23,688 nt of DNA from Chiloscyllium plagiosum (GCF_004010195.1 NC_057719.1:23068618-23092305); one strand, 5' to 3'; shown: positions 1 to 11,090, counted from the stretch's first letter. The notes: a model not told the origin generated them from the letters alone. A program made the numbers and translations.

Positions 1-230
1 CTAGCAACCCCATCATTGTTAGGTTTAATGGAAGAGAACAAGACAATGAAGAGTCAAAGATAAATTTGCCAGACTAGACAAAGGCAATATTCAGTATAAT
101 AAGGGAACTGGTTGAGGTTAGCTGGGGACAAAGTTAGATTAATGCAGACACAGATCAATAGAAGTGAATCTTCAACTATGAAATGGAAAGATAAAAAATA
201 GCAAACTTTTGTGCCCAAGCATTTGAACAA
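1..230 (+). mobile_element. Highly decayed CR1-type LINE ORF2 fragment (linker after the endonuclease)
   Basis: Purine-rich segment resembling the CR1 post-endonuclease region (e.g. AGGGAACTGGTTGAGGTTAGCTGG, R-E-L-x-x-V-x-W). No intact frame; recognised by eye only. Confidence 0.35.
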
Positions 231-364
231 TGAATTACTTTTCCGCTTGAATACAGCTATCAATGTGAGATAATAAAGTTTTCAGAGAGATAAGGACAGA
301 AGAGAAGCTGAATAACTGTTGATGAGAGCTAATAATAGGAGAAAATGGGTAAGTTGTGTAAATG

Positions 365-600
365 TCCTTTGAGAAATGAAAGTGGGTGACCACTTTGCAG
401 AATGCCTACATTCTGTCCACAAAGATGACCCTGTGTCTGTCACTTCAATACACCACCATGTTCCCTCAATAATATTTCTGTCACAGGCCTGCTGTAATCT
501 TCCAGCGAGCTTCAGCGCAAGCTTGAAGCACAACATCTCATTTTCCATGTGGGGGACCCTGCAGCCTCAACAGACTCAACACTGAATTCATTGACTTGAG
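365..600 (+). mobile_element. Old Penelope-like element fragment, GIY-YIG endonuclease C-terminus (frameshifted)
   Basis: Translating across frameshifts gives GDHFAECLHSV...CHFNTPPCSLNNISVTGLL*...QRKLEAQHLIFH..GTLQP..LNTEF. This parallels the fragment at 15690-15910 and the typical PLE endonuclease end. Confidence 0.7.
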
Positions 601-747
601 AACCTGGTCATGTCCTTCCATGTTTATTACCCATCCCCACTCCCTGTCCAATCATCAGGTGGGATACTTTCAGCACAGCTAACCCTTTCTCACCTACTCT
701 TAGTCTGATCATCACATTATATGGGTTGCTTCCAGCAAAGCCTACTA

Positions 748-920
748 CAGAGGAACCTCAATTATCTGGCATTTGATTATCCGAATGTCGGATTGACCGG
801 CAAGATCGCAAGGTCCGGATGCTTTGCTAAACTATGTTACCTGGCATTCGATTATCCGGAATTCAATTAACTGAAAAAAATACTCCCCACCCATGTCCTT
901 TGGATAATCGAGGTTCCTCT
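748..920. mobile_element. MITE with Tc1/mariner (pogo/Tigger-like) terminal inverted repeats
   Basis: Left end TA|CAGAGGAACCTCAATTATC (748-766) is inverted relative to GATAATCGAGGTTCCTCT (903-920). An internal motif TGGCATTYGATTATCCG is repeated. The terminal G and TA are missing at the right end. Confidence 0.75.
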
Positions 921-1074
921 CTTTTTTCTCTTCTGCTGCTCGAGTAGAGCCCTGCCACCAATCTTACTTTATTAGCTGATCCTAAAGGCTTGTCTTATTT
1001 AGCAGTGGTAAGTGTTGAACAACTATAGAGTTTCAAAAAAAAGAGATATTTGCTTTAATATAGTTAATTGTATG

Positions 1075-1261
1075 TGTTGAGAGTGTGTTGCTGGAAAAGC
1101 ACAGCAAGTCAGGCAGAATCTGAGGAGCTGGAAAATCGACGTTTCGGGCCGGAGCCCTTCAGGGTGATTTTCCTGCTCCTCGATTCTGCCTGACTTGCTG
1201 TGCTTTTCCAGCAATACACTCTCAACTATGATCTCCAGTATCTGCAGACCTCACTGTTTCC
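1075..1261. mobile_element. Short palindromic Penelope-like insertion (inverted pLTR end plus 3' tail)
   Basis: Inverted arms 1076-1137 and 1166-1226, then tail GATCTCCAGTATCTGCAGACCTCAC. TSD TAGTTAATTG(T/C)ATG at 1061-1074 and 1262-1275. Same family as 17075-17169, which is joined to a PLE reverse transcriptase. Confidence 0.8.
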
Positions 1262-2141
1262 TAGTTAATTGCATGACAGCAGTAAGTGTAGACTTAATTA
1301 CAAAGACTATCAGAGATGACACTAAAGTAAGTACAAGAAGAATTGGAGGAAGGTTGCAGAATGAGAGAGATTGAAAAGGTCACAGGTGTCACAGTAAAAC
1401 GTGTTCTGGACATGCCATATGTGCATTCAATGAACAGCTAAACCCAAACCAATCTAGAGTAAAGCTGAGCTGGGAAAATTGGCCATGCCTCTTTTATTGT
1501 ACAAGTGTTTTTTTTCAACTTTAAAGCCTTTTCAAGCAGATCAACCCCAGACATTTTGGAACTTGTGTCTTTATGACCTCCTGAAAATAAAACCAGGACA
1601 GCATAACTTTGTTAAAGGAGTAGCTTCATCATGCAAAGGGAGTGGTAATGTTATGTTTCTGTCCTCATGGATGCTGCCCAGACCTGCTGAGCTTCTCCAA
1701 TACTTTGTTTGTATCAGAGATTACACATTCGTTCCATCCGAACATCAGGCCAGATTGCTTCTTTCATATCCAAAGAGTGTGAGGCATCATCAGATTGAGT
1801 GGAGCTTTATGCAGCTTCTGCATTAACTCTTTTGGAACTATTACATTATGCAGCAGAAGATGATTGTTCAGGGAGCAGACAAACATTCATGTGACTAGAA
1901 ATAGCCAAGATGGCATATTGTTTTCCTGCTACCAGGTGGACAAGGTGAAAAGTCATTGGTATGGTCCATATCAGTATGAGATGAGGTCTTGCAGTGAGAA
2001 TATAGGGAGCAAGGATAACTTTAAATTTGGTCATCTTTAAATTGTCCCCAGTATTATGCATGAGTATATAGACAACAAGTGCATAAAGAAGTAACCTCAA
2101 TGCCTGGGACATTGGAACAGATTAAGGTGGAGGTGGGATCA

Positions 2142-2454
2142 TTAGATTAGATTCTCTACAGTGTGGAAACAGGCTATTTGGCTCAACAAGTCCACACTGA
2201 TCCCCTAAAGAGTAATCCACCCAGACCTATTCCCCTACATTTACCCCTGACACTATGGGCAATTTAGCATGGACAATTCACTTGACCTGCAGATCTTTGG
2301 ATTGTGGGAGAAAACCAGAGCACCCAGAGGAAACTCATGCAGCCACACAACGAATGTGCAAACTCCACACAGACAATGGCCCAAGGTGGAAATTGAACCA
2401 GGATCCCTCATGCTGTGAGGCAGAAGGGCTAACTACTGAGCCACCATGCCACCC
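2142..2454 (-). mobile_element. tRNA-derived SINE (HE1/V-SINE-like)
   Basis: The minus strand starts GGGTGGCATGGTGGCTCAGTAGTTAGC (box A), has a GGTTCAATT box B, the core TGTGTGGAGTTTGCACATT, and a CR1-like 3' tail CCTGTTTCCACACTGTAG followed by repeated TCTAA. Confidence 0.9.
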
Positions 2455-3338
2455 ATACTATGCCACCCAGTACAGGATGGAAGAATTGCACCTAAACTGA
2501 CCAACAGCCTTTCTTTTTTGGCGTGATTTGCTGCTATTTCGGGAGAAGATTTAAAATAACTTGGTTGGAGTCTGGGAAAGAAGCAAAATTAGTGAGGGAA
2601 AATCAAAATGCAGATTTGAGAGCCATGCAGTGTTAGAGTAGCGCTTTGTATGTTATTTGGCTGGATGAGAGTACAACATAATTGATAATATCTGAACGTA
2701 TGTTAACGAGCATCTATTGGAATCCACGGAGTGTGGTAAACAATGATGGTAAGCTGCAGGCATGTGGCTACATGGAGATATGACATAGTGATGATCATAG
2801 AGACCTGGCTGATAAACAGCATCATTGAATTATTACAGCACAGAAGAAGGCTAGTCAGCACAGTGTGTCTGCACAACTTCTCCAAAAGCATATCTTAGCT
2901 TATGCCACTCTTCGGTCTCCTATCTGAAACCCAGCAGATTATTCGTTTAAAAACAGCCATTGCTCTCTCTTTGAATGTCTTGATTGTACCTGCTTTCACC
3001 ACACTCTCAGGCAGTGCATTTCAGGCCACTGCATGTAAAACACTTTGTCTTATAATTCTTTATTTCTTTCACATATTTAATCTGTGCCCTCTCATTCAAG
3101 ATCCTTTCACAAGTGGGAGCCTTTTTAATTATTTAGGACATTTTCGTGAGACATCGATAGGAAACAAATTCACAAGGAAACTATAGAGAGGCTCAAGGGC
3201 TATGGACTAGTTATAATAGAACACTTTAACTAGGCTAATATAAACTGGGATAGTAATTATGTAAAAGGCAGAGAATGGGAAGGGTTAATGGAATGTGTAA
3301 CAGATACATTGATACATTAGTTGATACAATTAAAGTAT

Positions 3339-3642
3339 CAGCAGGAAGGCCCATCCCTAATTGCCACTTGATCTGAGAGGTTCACATGAGCCAATTCAGA
3401 GGGCAATTAAGAGTCAACCACATTGCTGTTGATCTGGAGTCACCTTTGGCCAGACCTGATGACACATCCCAATTTCTAAAGGACCTGAGCAAACCAGATA
3501 GGTTTTTGCAACAATCAAAAATGGCTACATAATCACCATTCGGCTAGTTTTTCTTTAACTTCCAAATTTCATTGATTTTCCTATTTGCCATCGTGGGATT
3601 CAAACTCATTTCCTCAGAACATTAGCCTGGCCCTCTGGATTA
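3339..3642 (-). mobile_element. SINE-like non-autonomous element of a second family
   Basis: Shares GGGCAATTAAGAGTCAACCACATTGCT...GGCCAGAC with 5630-5880, 6415-6485 and, in reverse, 8553-8654. A box-B-like TTTGAATCCC lies on the minus strand near 3595-3604. Confidence 0.65.
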
Positions 3643-3646
3643 CAAA

Positions 3647-3801
3647 GAGTCATAGTGTTATACAGCATGGAAACAGACCCTTTGGTCCAAATCGTCCATG
3701 CCAACCAATTATCCTAAACTGATCCAGCCCCATTTCCCAGCATTTGGTCCATATCCCTCTAAACTCTTCTATTCATGTCCCCATCAAAATGCCTTTTAAA
3801 C
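3647..3801 (-). mobile_element. CR1 (HER1-like) LINE 3' end fragment
   Basis: Near-colinear with the CR1 3' end at 11091-11245 (GAGTCATAG...CAGCAYGGAAACAGACC...CCAGCATTT...ATCCCTCTAA). Confidence 0.85.
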
Positions 3802-4351
3802 TGTGTAGTTTAGGACAACATGACTGTGCACAATCTCCCCATAAATTAAACTGTTGGGGCACATTATGGCATACTTCCATGTGACATTTCATCCTGATGT
3901 GCAAACTTGAACCGGGACCTTTTTACCCAGAGTTAGAACACTACCAACGCACCATGAGAACCCTTATCAAATAATCTAAGTGTCAGTAGGGGAGCAATTA
4001 GTGGGATAATTCTTTCATCAGGATTATGGAAAAGGACTGGGTGTAATACAAAATAAAGTGAAGCAATTAATTAATAGAGGAAAACCTCAAGAGTGAGAAC
4101 AGATCCATCCTAAGCAAATTGTAATTAGATTGACTGGAAAAATAAAAAGTAATGGAATAGCAGGCTGCCTTCAAAGAAAAAGTAGTTTGGGTACAGGTGA
4201 GATAATGTCCAGGAGGAAGAAAGGTTGTTCAAACACGCATAGAGCTGCCCAGATGAACACAGCAACAGATGATACAATAAAGCAGTAAAAGAGGGCATAT
4301 TACAGATATCAGTTGACTGACAATGTTGAGAACTAGGTTGAAAATAGGAAA

Positions 4352-4560
4352 TGGAAAAGCACAGCAGGTCAGGCAGCATCCAAGGAGCAGGAAAATTGAT
4401 GTGCCGGGCAAAAGCCCTTCATCAGGTCATTCCTGATGAATGGCTTTTGCCCGAAACATCAATTTTCCTGCTCCTCGGATGCAGCCTGACCTGCTGTACT
4501 TTTCCAGCACCACTCTAGTCCTGACTCTGATCTCCAGCATCTGCAGTCCTCACTTTCACC
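4352..4560. mobile_element. Short palindromic Penelope-like insertion with head-to-head hammerhead-like cores
   Basis: 75-bp inverted arms 4352-4426 and 4432-4506 around a 5-nt loop, then the 3' tail. TSD TTGAAAATAG(G/A)AAA at 4338-4351 and 4561-4574. Confidence 0.85.
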
Positions 4561-4799
4561 TTGAAAATAGAAAAAGTTTTTAAAAAGCGAGAATATGAGA
4601 AGTGACTGGAAGTTAACATAAATGAGAATCTATTCGTATGAATTTAGTGTGATTAAAAAAATTTGTTAATGTTTGTGGGTATGTTGATGTTAATTTTCTA
4701 AAATTTCCTAGATTTAGCGAAATGTACCATTGGACTGGAAAAGAGAACACAGAACCCATCTATTCAAGAGGGAGGCAGAAAATAGGAAACCATAGTCCA

Positions 4800-4942
4800 G
4801 AAATGAAAGCATAATACCGCAGATATTGTGAATCTGCAATACGAATTTAAACTGCTCGAGAAACTCAGCAGGTCTTTCAGCAACTTTAGAGAGAGATAAA
4901 CAGGGTCAATGTTTCGAGTCCAATACAACGCTTCTTTAAACT
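4800..4942 (-). mobile_element. Decayed 3' end of an older Penelope-like family
   Basis: The minus strand reads ..AAAGAAGCGTTGTATTGGACTCGAAACATTGACCCTG..GACCTGCTGAGTTTCTCGAGCAG.., the same layout as 17295-17390. Confidence 0.55.
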
Positions 4943-5043
4943 TGAGGCTAGTCAGCTTTAAGGCGGTTGTGGCAAAATGATTGTTGGCGTCAATCATTGA
5001 ACAGATTATAACTGCGCACATCAAAACAATCACAGTAATTGGA

Positions 5044-5101
5044 GTTAAAAAATCACACAGCACCAGGTTATAGTCCAACAGGTTTATTTGGAAGCACTAG
5101 C
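5044..5101. mobile_element. Terminal fragment of another repeat family (probably Penelope-like)
   Basis: GTTAAAAAATCACACAGCACCAGGTTATAGTCCAACAGG shares its start with the TSD-flanked insert at 19765-19808. Confidence 0.55.
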
Positions 5102-5629
5102 TCCGTCGTCTGGTGGTTTCTTCAAAGGGAAATAAATTTAAATAATTTATTGGCATTCTTTGAAGGATTAACATGAACTGTGGATAAAGGGGTGGGTGTG
5201 CACATACTGTACTGTCATTTCTAGAGGACATTGGATATGTTGTCTCATCAAAGGTAATTGCAGAAAGTTGAAACCTATTAGCATGGATAGAAGGAAGCTG
5301 CCTTGCAGAAAAATTGATCTTTGTCTGTACGGCAGAATGTGACAAGTGAGGTCTGTCCCACGTCTGTGCTGGGGTCTCAAATTTTTACAATTTATGTCAG
5401 TGACTTAGCTGAAGATATTGTCAATAAATTTACAGGCAACAGGAAGATAGGTAGGTTGACATGAACAAAATTGCAGATCAACTGAGACATCAGATTGAGT
5501 GAGTGGGCAAAAATCTGGCAGATGGAATATAAAGTAGACAAATGTAAAATTGTTCACTTTGATAGACAGTAGAAAAATTCAAAGCATTACTTACCAATTA
5601 ATATAGCTGAATGGCATGTTTGGTTATTT

Positions 5630-5880
5630 CAGAGGGCAATTGAATGTCCACCACATTGCTGTGGATCTAGAATCATATGTAGGCCAGACTAGGTAAGGAT
5701 GGCCCTTTTCTTTCCCTAAAGGGCCTTAGTGAAGAAGATGAGTTTTCATGGTCATTGTTAGACTTCTGGTTCCAATTCTTTTTGTTTTAAATTCCACCAT
5801 CTTCTGTGCAGAGATTCCAACCCAGAACACATGATCCTGAATGTCTAAGTTTACTAATCCTGCAACAATGCCACTATAAC
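5630..5880 (-). mobile_element. SINE-like element, same family as 3339-3642
   Basis: CAGAGGGCAATTGAATGTCCACCACATTGCTGTGGATCTAG...GGCCAGAC aligns by eye with 3397-3455. Confidence 0.6.
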
Positions 5881-6029
5881 ATCATCTCTCCTCAATTCCC
5901 TTTAGATGCATTCAACTTTGTGTGACATTCGTGAACTCAAACAAAATTAGTGTCAATGGGAATTCAGGGTAAAACTCTGCTGGTTAGAGTCTTACCTGGC
6001 ATAAAGGAAAATGATTTTGGTTCTTTTCC

Positions 6030-6487
6030 CATCAGGTTTGACCTGATGCTATGGGACGTCATGGGGTCTGCATTCAACATTGAGAACTCCCAGAACAACT
6101 CCCTCCTCATTGTAGACAATTGTGCTGCCACCTCTGCTGGGTCTGTCCTGCCAATGGGACAGGATAAACTCAGAAATGATGAAGATGTTGTCTGAAGCAT
6201 GGTTTGTAAGGTTTAATTCCTTGAGTATAAACATGTCAGACTGTTGTTTGATTAGTCTTCGACCTGAGTCTTCCAATTTTGTCAAAAGCCCTAAAGTGCA
6301 GGTGGACACAGAGGGCTGTGTTTAGCATTGCCATTTCTAGTACCAAGGTCAGTGGCAGGGACTTCATTCCTTCTTTGAAACATTTTTGCAGTTTGATCGA
6401 ACTCAGTGCTTTTTCAGAGGACAGTTAAGAGTCAACCACATTGCTCTGAGATACATGTAGATCAGATCAGGTAGGCACAGTAGATCG
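6030..6487 (-). mobile_element. 5' part of a non-LTR retrotransposon (apurinic-type endonuclease N-terminus plus upstream UTR), decayed
   Basis: ORF 6049-6309 reads LGLLTKL..RRLIKQQSDMFILKE..LSHWQDRPSRGGSTIVY, matching the APE-type D-x-x-x-L-x-E and DR..RGGG.V.Y motifs. Confidence 0.7.
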
Positions 6488-6810
6488 GGGTGACATGGTG
6501 GCTCAGTGGTTAGCACTGTGGCCTCACAGCTCCAGGGACCTGGGTTCAATTCCAGTTTCAGACAACTGTCTGTGTGGAGTTTGCACATTCTCCCTGTGTT
6601 AATGTGGGTGTCTTCCGGGTGCTCTGGTTTCCTCCCATGATCCAAAGGTGTGCAGTTTAGGTGAATTGGCCTAGTGTTCAGGAATGTGTAGGTTACTTGC
6701 ATTAGTCAGGGGTAATTGTAGAGTAATGGGTTTGGGTGGGATACTGTTCGGATGGACAGTATGGACTTGTTGGGCTGAAGGGCCTGTTTCCACACTGTAG
6801 GGATTCTAAT
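6488..6810 (+). mobile_element. tRNA-derived SINE (HE1/V-SINE-like), full length
   Basis: GGGTGACATGGTGGCTCAGTGGTTAGC (box A), GGGTTCAATTCC (box B), conserved core, and 3' tail GGGCCTGTTTCCACACTGTAGGGATTCTAAT. Confidence 0.92.
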
Positions 6811-6847
6811 TTCCTTTCCTACAGGGATGACCCCTTTTGTCTAGCTT

Positions 6848-6995
6848 ACTGGACTATCAAGCGATCCAGGTACTATTCTAGAAATTTGGTTTCAAATCCC
6901 ATCATAGCAGAGAGTGCAATTGGAACCAAAAAAAAAAATTAAAAATCAAATGATGACCACAAAACCATCAGCAATTGTCATAAAAACCCATCTGG
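6848..6995 (+). mobile_element. 5' half of the second SINE-like family
   Basis: Box-B-like GGTTTCAAATCCCATCATAGCAG, then AAAAACCCATCTGG. It is the reverse complement of the 3490-3640 layout. Confidence 0.5.
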
Positions 6996-7974
6996 ACAAA
7001 AAAAGAATCTTCTTGTTATTGAAGTTGTTTCTGTTTAACCAGTGGGAAATGCTTGGGCCAGAAACTAAACATTAAACTCTAATGCAAATAAATTGCTTCA
7101 GTGGGAATGGAATTATACAAAACAGCTCAGCGTTGTAAACAAAATTCAGCATAATTATGCGACTATCTCTGGAAAAAAAACTATGTGTAAAATGTACTTA
7201 TTGATCAAACTAAGAAAATTTGCAAATAGATCCTGGCACATAACACAGTAGCACAGAGAAATGGAAAAAAAATCATCTCATTTACAGACTGATTTAGGAT
7301 TTAATCCCTCTGTGTTGAAGCATAAGAAAATACTAATTATTGTGAGTCATTGCCTACCTAGATAATGGATGTTACTGAGCAGGTTGAAATTAGGACATTT
7401 TTTTCCTTGATAAACAAAGTTCCTGCTAGATCATGTTTTATGCACACAACAAAGCAATGCTTATTCATTAGCAGAGATATTTTCATTGTTCATTAAATTA
7501 TATATAATAAACAATACATTATATTAAATTAACATGCATTTTGAAAGATTTGCATATTAATCAGCTGCTTTATAATATGAAATATAGGTGTGGTGAACAG
7601 CCTGCTGAACAAATCTGTTAGACCCTGATAAGAAAGCATGACTGAATCATATTCCAATCCCTTACTTTCAAATAATAGGGTATTTAACAGTCTTTCAGGT
7701 GACTTTCCTGTCTGTAAGCTTAAAGAAAAATGGCAATTTAATGTAAACTGAATACTTCACCTTTCAACTTGGAGGGAAGCATACATTTTTATGAGAATAA
7801 ATGAATGCAGATAGCAAAGCCAGAACAAGAAACATTGATTTGAGGTGGAATATTTATGCCCCAACTATACTAAAAGATTTTATACAGTGAAAACCTCAGT
7901 TCTTTTTTTCTATCTGCATGCTACATTAACAATGTGGCCTAATCTTAAAATATGAGCTGTATCTTAACGAATGA

Positions 7975-8190
7975 AACCAAGAAGCACTTTCTCACACATC
8001 TCGGAATAGAAATTTGGATCCCTGCCCCAGATGGCTGTAGCTGTTGGGTTAAATGGAGCTTTCAAGACTGAAACTAATGGATCTGTGTTAGTTAAAGCAA
8101 AGGAAGGCAAATGTAGCTGAGGTACAGATCAGTCATGATAATAGGACAAGCTCGAGGAGTTGAACAGACTAATCCTGTTCCTATGTGTGG
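7975..8190 (+). mobile_element. Decayed CR1 3' end
   Basis: CR1-like terminal motifs TTTCAAGACTGAAACTAATGGATCT and CAGATCAGTCATGAT..GCTCGAGGAGTTGAACAGACTAATCCTGTTCCTATG. Confidence 0.55.
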
Positions 8191-8552
8191 GAGAATTGTA
8201 CGTGTTTTTGCACAAAGACTTCCCTATGAATATTTAGACCTCCTAAAGAGTCATATTATATGTTATGAAGCTTGTGAAAGTAATGATTTAAACAGTTACC
8301 ATTTCAAAGACCTAAACTAAAGGAATGTAAATTCTACAGAAATAAATGAAAGCAAACAGAGGAACTGTTAAGGCTGTTAATATATTTTTGATAAAGCAAA
8401 TCAATTTCTGGCAGCATTTTAAGGCTACTGATGAATTTATCATTCAGTTTGAAATATCAGAGATCATATGGCAATACTATTGGGACATCTACTCAAAACA
8501 TGCTCTGGCAGTTAATAAAGAGCTTTGCAATTCCTCCTGCATTAATGTTTAG

Positions 8553-8654
8553 CCCATCTGGTTCACTAATGACCTTTAGGGAATAAAGCCTGCCATCTTT
8601 TGCCTCATCTGGCTTGCATGTGACTCGAGACTCACAGGACAGTTGTTGACTCTT
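8553..8654 (+). mobile_element. Fragment of the second SINE-like family, split by the Penelope insertion
   Basis: CCCATCTGGTTCACTAATGACCTTTAGGGA..GTTGACTCTT resumes as AGCTGTCCTC at 9786-9795, after the TSD. Confidence 0.6.
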
Positions 8655-9771
8655 TCTGGATTAATGGTGCTGGAAGAGCACAGCAATTCAGGCAGCATCC
8701 GAGGAGCAGTAAAATCGACGTTTCGGGCAAAAGCCCTTCATCAGGAATAAAGGCAGAGAGCCTGAAGGGTGGAGAGATAAGCTAGGGGAGGGTGGGGATG
8801 GNNNNNNNNNNNNNNNNNNNNNNNNNNNNNNNNNNNNNNNNNNNNNNNNNNNNNNNNNNNNNNNNNNNNNNNNNNNNNNNNNNNNNNNNNNNNNNNNNNN
8901 NNNNNNNNNNNNNNNNNNNNNNNNNNNNNNNNNNNNNNNNNNNNNNNNNNNNNNNNNNNNNNNNNNNNNNNNNNNNNNNNNNNNNNNNNNNNNNNNNNNN
9001 NNNNNNNNNNNNNNNNNNNNNNNNNNNNNNNNNNNNNNNNNNNNNNNNNNNNNNNNNNNNNNNNNNNNNNNNNNNNNNNNNNNNNNNNNNNNNNNNNNNN
9101 NNNNNNNNNNNNNNNNNNNNNNNNNNNNNNNNNNNNNNNNNNNNNNNNNNNNNNNNNNNNNNNNNNNNNNNNNNNNNNNNNNNNNNNNNNNNNNNNNNNN
9201 NNNNNNNNNNNNNNNNNNNNNNNNNNNNNNNNNNNNNNNNNNNNNNNNNNNNNNNNNNNNNNNNNNNNNNNNNNNNNNNNNNNNNNNNNNNNNNNNNNNN
9301 NNNNNNNNNNNNNNNNNNNNNNNNNNNNNNNNNNNNNNNNNNNNNNNNNNNNNNNNNNNNNNNNNNNNNNNNNNNNNNNNNNNNNNNNNNNNNNNNNNNN
9401 NNNNNNNNNNNNNNNNNNNNNNNNNNNNNNNNNNNNNNNNNNNNNNNNNNNNNNNNNNNNNNNNNNNNNNNNNNNNNNNNNNNNNNNNNNNNNNNNNNNN
9501 NNNNNNNNNNNNNNNNNNNNNNNNNNNNNNNNNNNNNNNNNNNNNNNNNNNNNNNNNNNNNNNNNNNNNNNNNNNNNNNNNNNNNNNNNNNNNNNNNNNN
9601 CCTCTAGCTTATCTCTCCATGCTTCAGGCTCACTGCCTTTATTCCTGATGAAGGGCTTTTGCCCAAAACATCGATTTTGCTGCTCCTCTGATGCTGGCTG
9701 AATTGCTGTGCTCTTCCAGCACCACTAATCCAGAAACTGGTCTCCAGCATCTGCAGTCATTGTTTTTACCT
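8655..9771. mobile_element. Penelope-like insertion with inverted arms flanking an assembly gap
   Basis: The left arm 8655-8790 is the reverse complement of 9601-9736. Perfect 14-bp TSD AGTTGTTGACTCTT at 8641-8654 and 9772-9785. The interior 8802-9600 is N. Confidence 0.85.
8716..8748 (-). ncRNA. Minimal type I hammerhead ribozyme motif, intact core
   Basis: The minus strand reads CTGATGA-A-GGGC-TTTT-GCCC-GAAA-C-GTC: CUGANGA box, 4-bp stem II, GAAA box, palindromic ACGT stem III and GUC triplet. Confidence 0.7.
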
Positions 9772-10295
9772 AGTTGTTGACTCTTAGCTGTCCTCNNNNN
9801 NNNNNNNNNNNNNNNNNNNNNNNNNNNNNNNNNNNNNNNNNNNNNNNNNNNNNNNNNNNNNNNNNNNNNNNNNNNNNNNNNNNNNNNNNNNNNNNNNNNN
9901 NNNNNNNNNNNNNNNNNNNNNNNNNNNNNNNNNNNNNNNNNNNNNNNNNNNNNNNNNNNNNNNNNNNNNNNNNNNNNNNNNNNNNNNNNNNNNNNNNNNN
10001 NNNNNNNNNNNNNNNNNNNNNNNNNNNNNNNNNNNNNNNNNNNNNNNNNNNNNNNNNNNNNNNNNNNNNNNNNNNNNNNNNNNNNNNNNNNNNNNNNNNN
10101 NNNNNNNNNNNNNNNNNNNNNNNNNNNNNNNNNNNNNNNNNNNNNNNNNNNNNNNNNNNNNNNNNNNNNNNNNNNNNNNNNNNNNNNNNNNNNNNNNNNN
10201 NNNNNNNNNNNNNNNNNNNNNNNNNNNNNNNNNNNNNNNNNNNNNNNNNNNNNNNNNNNNNNNNNNNNNNNNNNNNNNNNNNNNNNNNNNNNNNN

Positions 10296-11090
10296 AAGAC
10301 AGAATACAGGAAACAGAGAGAGTGCCTGGTAGCATGGTATGAAGATAACAATTTCTCCCTTGACATCAGCAAAACTAAAGAGCTGATCATTAATATCAAG
10401 AAGGAAGGAGGAGGACACACCCCTATCTACATCAATGGTGCTGAAGTGGAGATGGTCATAAGCGTCAAGTTTCTCGGAGTGACGATCACCAGCAATCTGT
10501 CCTACACCACCCCCCATTGATACAACAGTCAAGAAGGCATAACAATGTCTATTTTTCCTCAGGAGGCTAAGGAAATTCAGCATGTCCATAAGGACTCTCA
10601 CTAACTTTTATACAATGCTTTCTATGATGCATCGATCTGGATGCATCACAGCTTGGTATGATAACTGCTCCACCCAGGACTGTAGGATACTACAGAAAGT
10701 TGTGAACACAGCTCAGATCATCACGCAAGCCAACCTTCCATCCATTGACTTCATCTACACTTCTTGCTGCCTCACAAAGACAGGCAACATTATCAAAGAC
10801 CCCTCCCAGTCTGGTTATAAACTCTAACAAACTCTTCCTTCAGGTAGAAGATACAAAGCTTAAACACACATACCAACAGCTTCATGAACAGCTTCTTCCC
10901 TGCTTCTGAGTGGACCTCTTAAAATTCAAACCTAATATTGATCTTGCTTTGTGGAGCCTTCTTTGCAGCCACAACTTTGTATTCCTTGCTCTGTTTATTC
11001 ACCCTCTGATTTTTGTACGTTTGATTTGTCTGTACTGTATAAAAAACAAAACTTTTCATTGCATTTCAGTACATGTGACAATAATAAATC
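10296..11090 (+). mobile_element. Rex1/Babar-type LINE, RT C-terminus (DUF1891-like) and 3' UTR, decayed
   Basis: Translates as LVAWYEDNNFSLDISKTKELII..KFLGVTITSNLS..KKA*QCLFFLRRLRKFSMSIRTLTNFY..GCITAWYDNCS. The 3' end is GTACATGTGACAATAATAAATC. Confidence 0.85.

Larger units (their letters stand above)
2725..5590 (+). mobile_element. Ancient, fragmented CR1-type LINE ORF2 interrupted by younger insertions
   Basis: Colinear remnants: endonuclease start (GATATGACATAGTGATGATCATAGAGACCTGGCT, YDIV.IIETWL, ~2776-2810) and RT-region motifs at ~4680-4800 and 5180-5570 (GAGTGGGCAAAAATCTGGCAGATGGAATAT, EWAKIWQMEY). Boundaries are approximate. Confidence 0.55.

Noticed and set aside
1479..2112. ORFs 1479-1826 (+) and 1846-2112 (-)
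   Set aside because: No recognisable domains; the first includes a decayed PLE tail (~1655-1720).
6488..6560. tRNA-like A and B boxes
   Set aside because: This is the head of a SINE, continuous with the SINE core and tail, and not a tRNA gene.
7000..7970. AT-rich non-repetitive stretch, possible conserved non-coding element
   Set aside because: No ORF, structure or motif can be supported without cross-species alignment.
8792..10601. Long ORFs of 183-320 aa
   Set aside because: They run through N gaps; only the Rex-like part from 10296 is meaningful.
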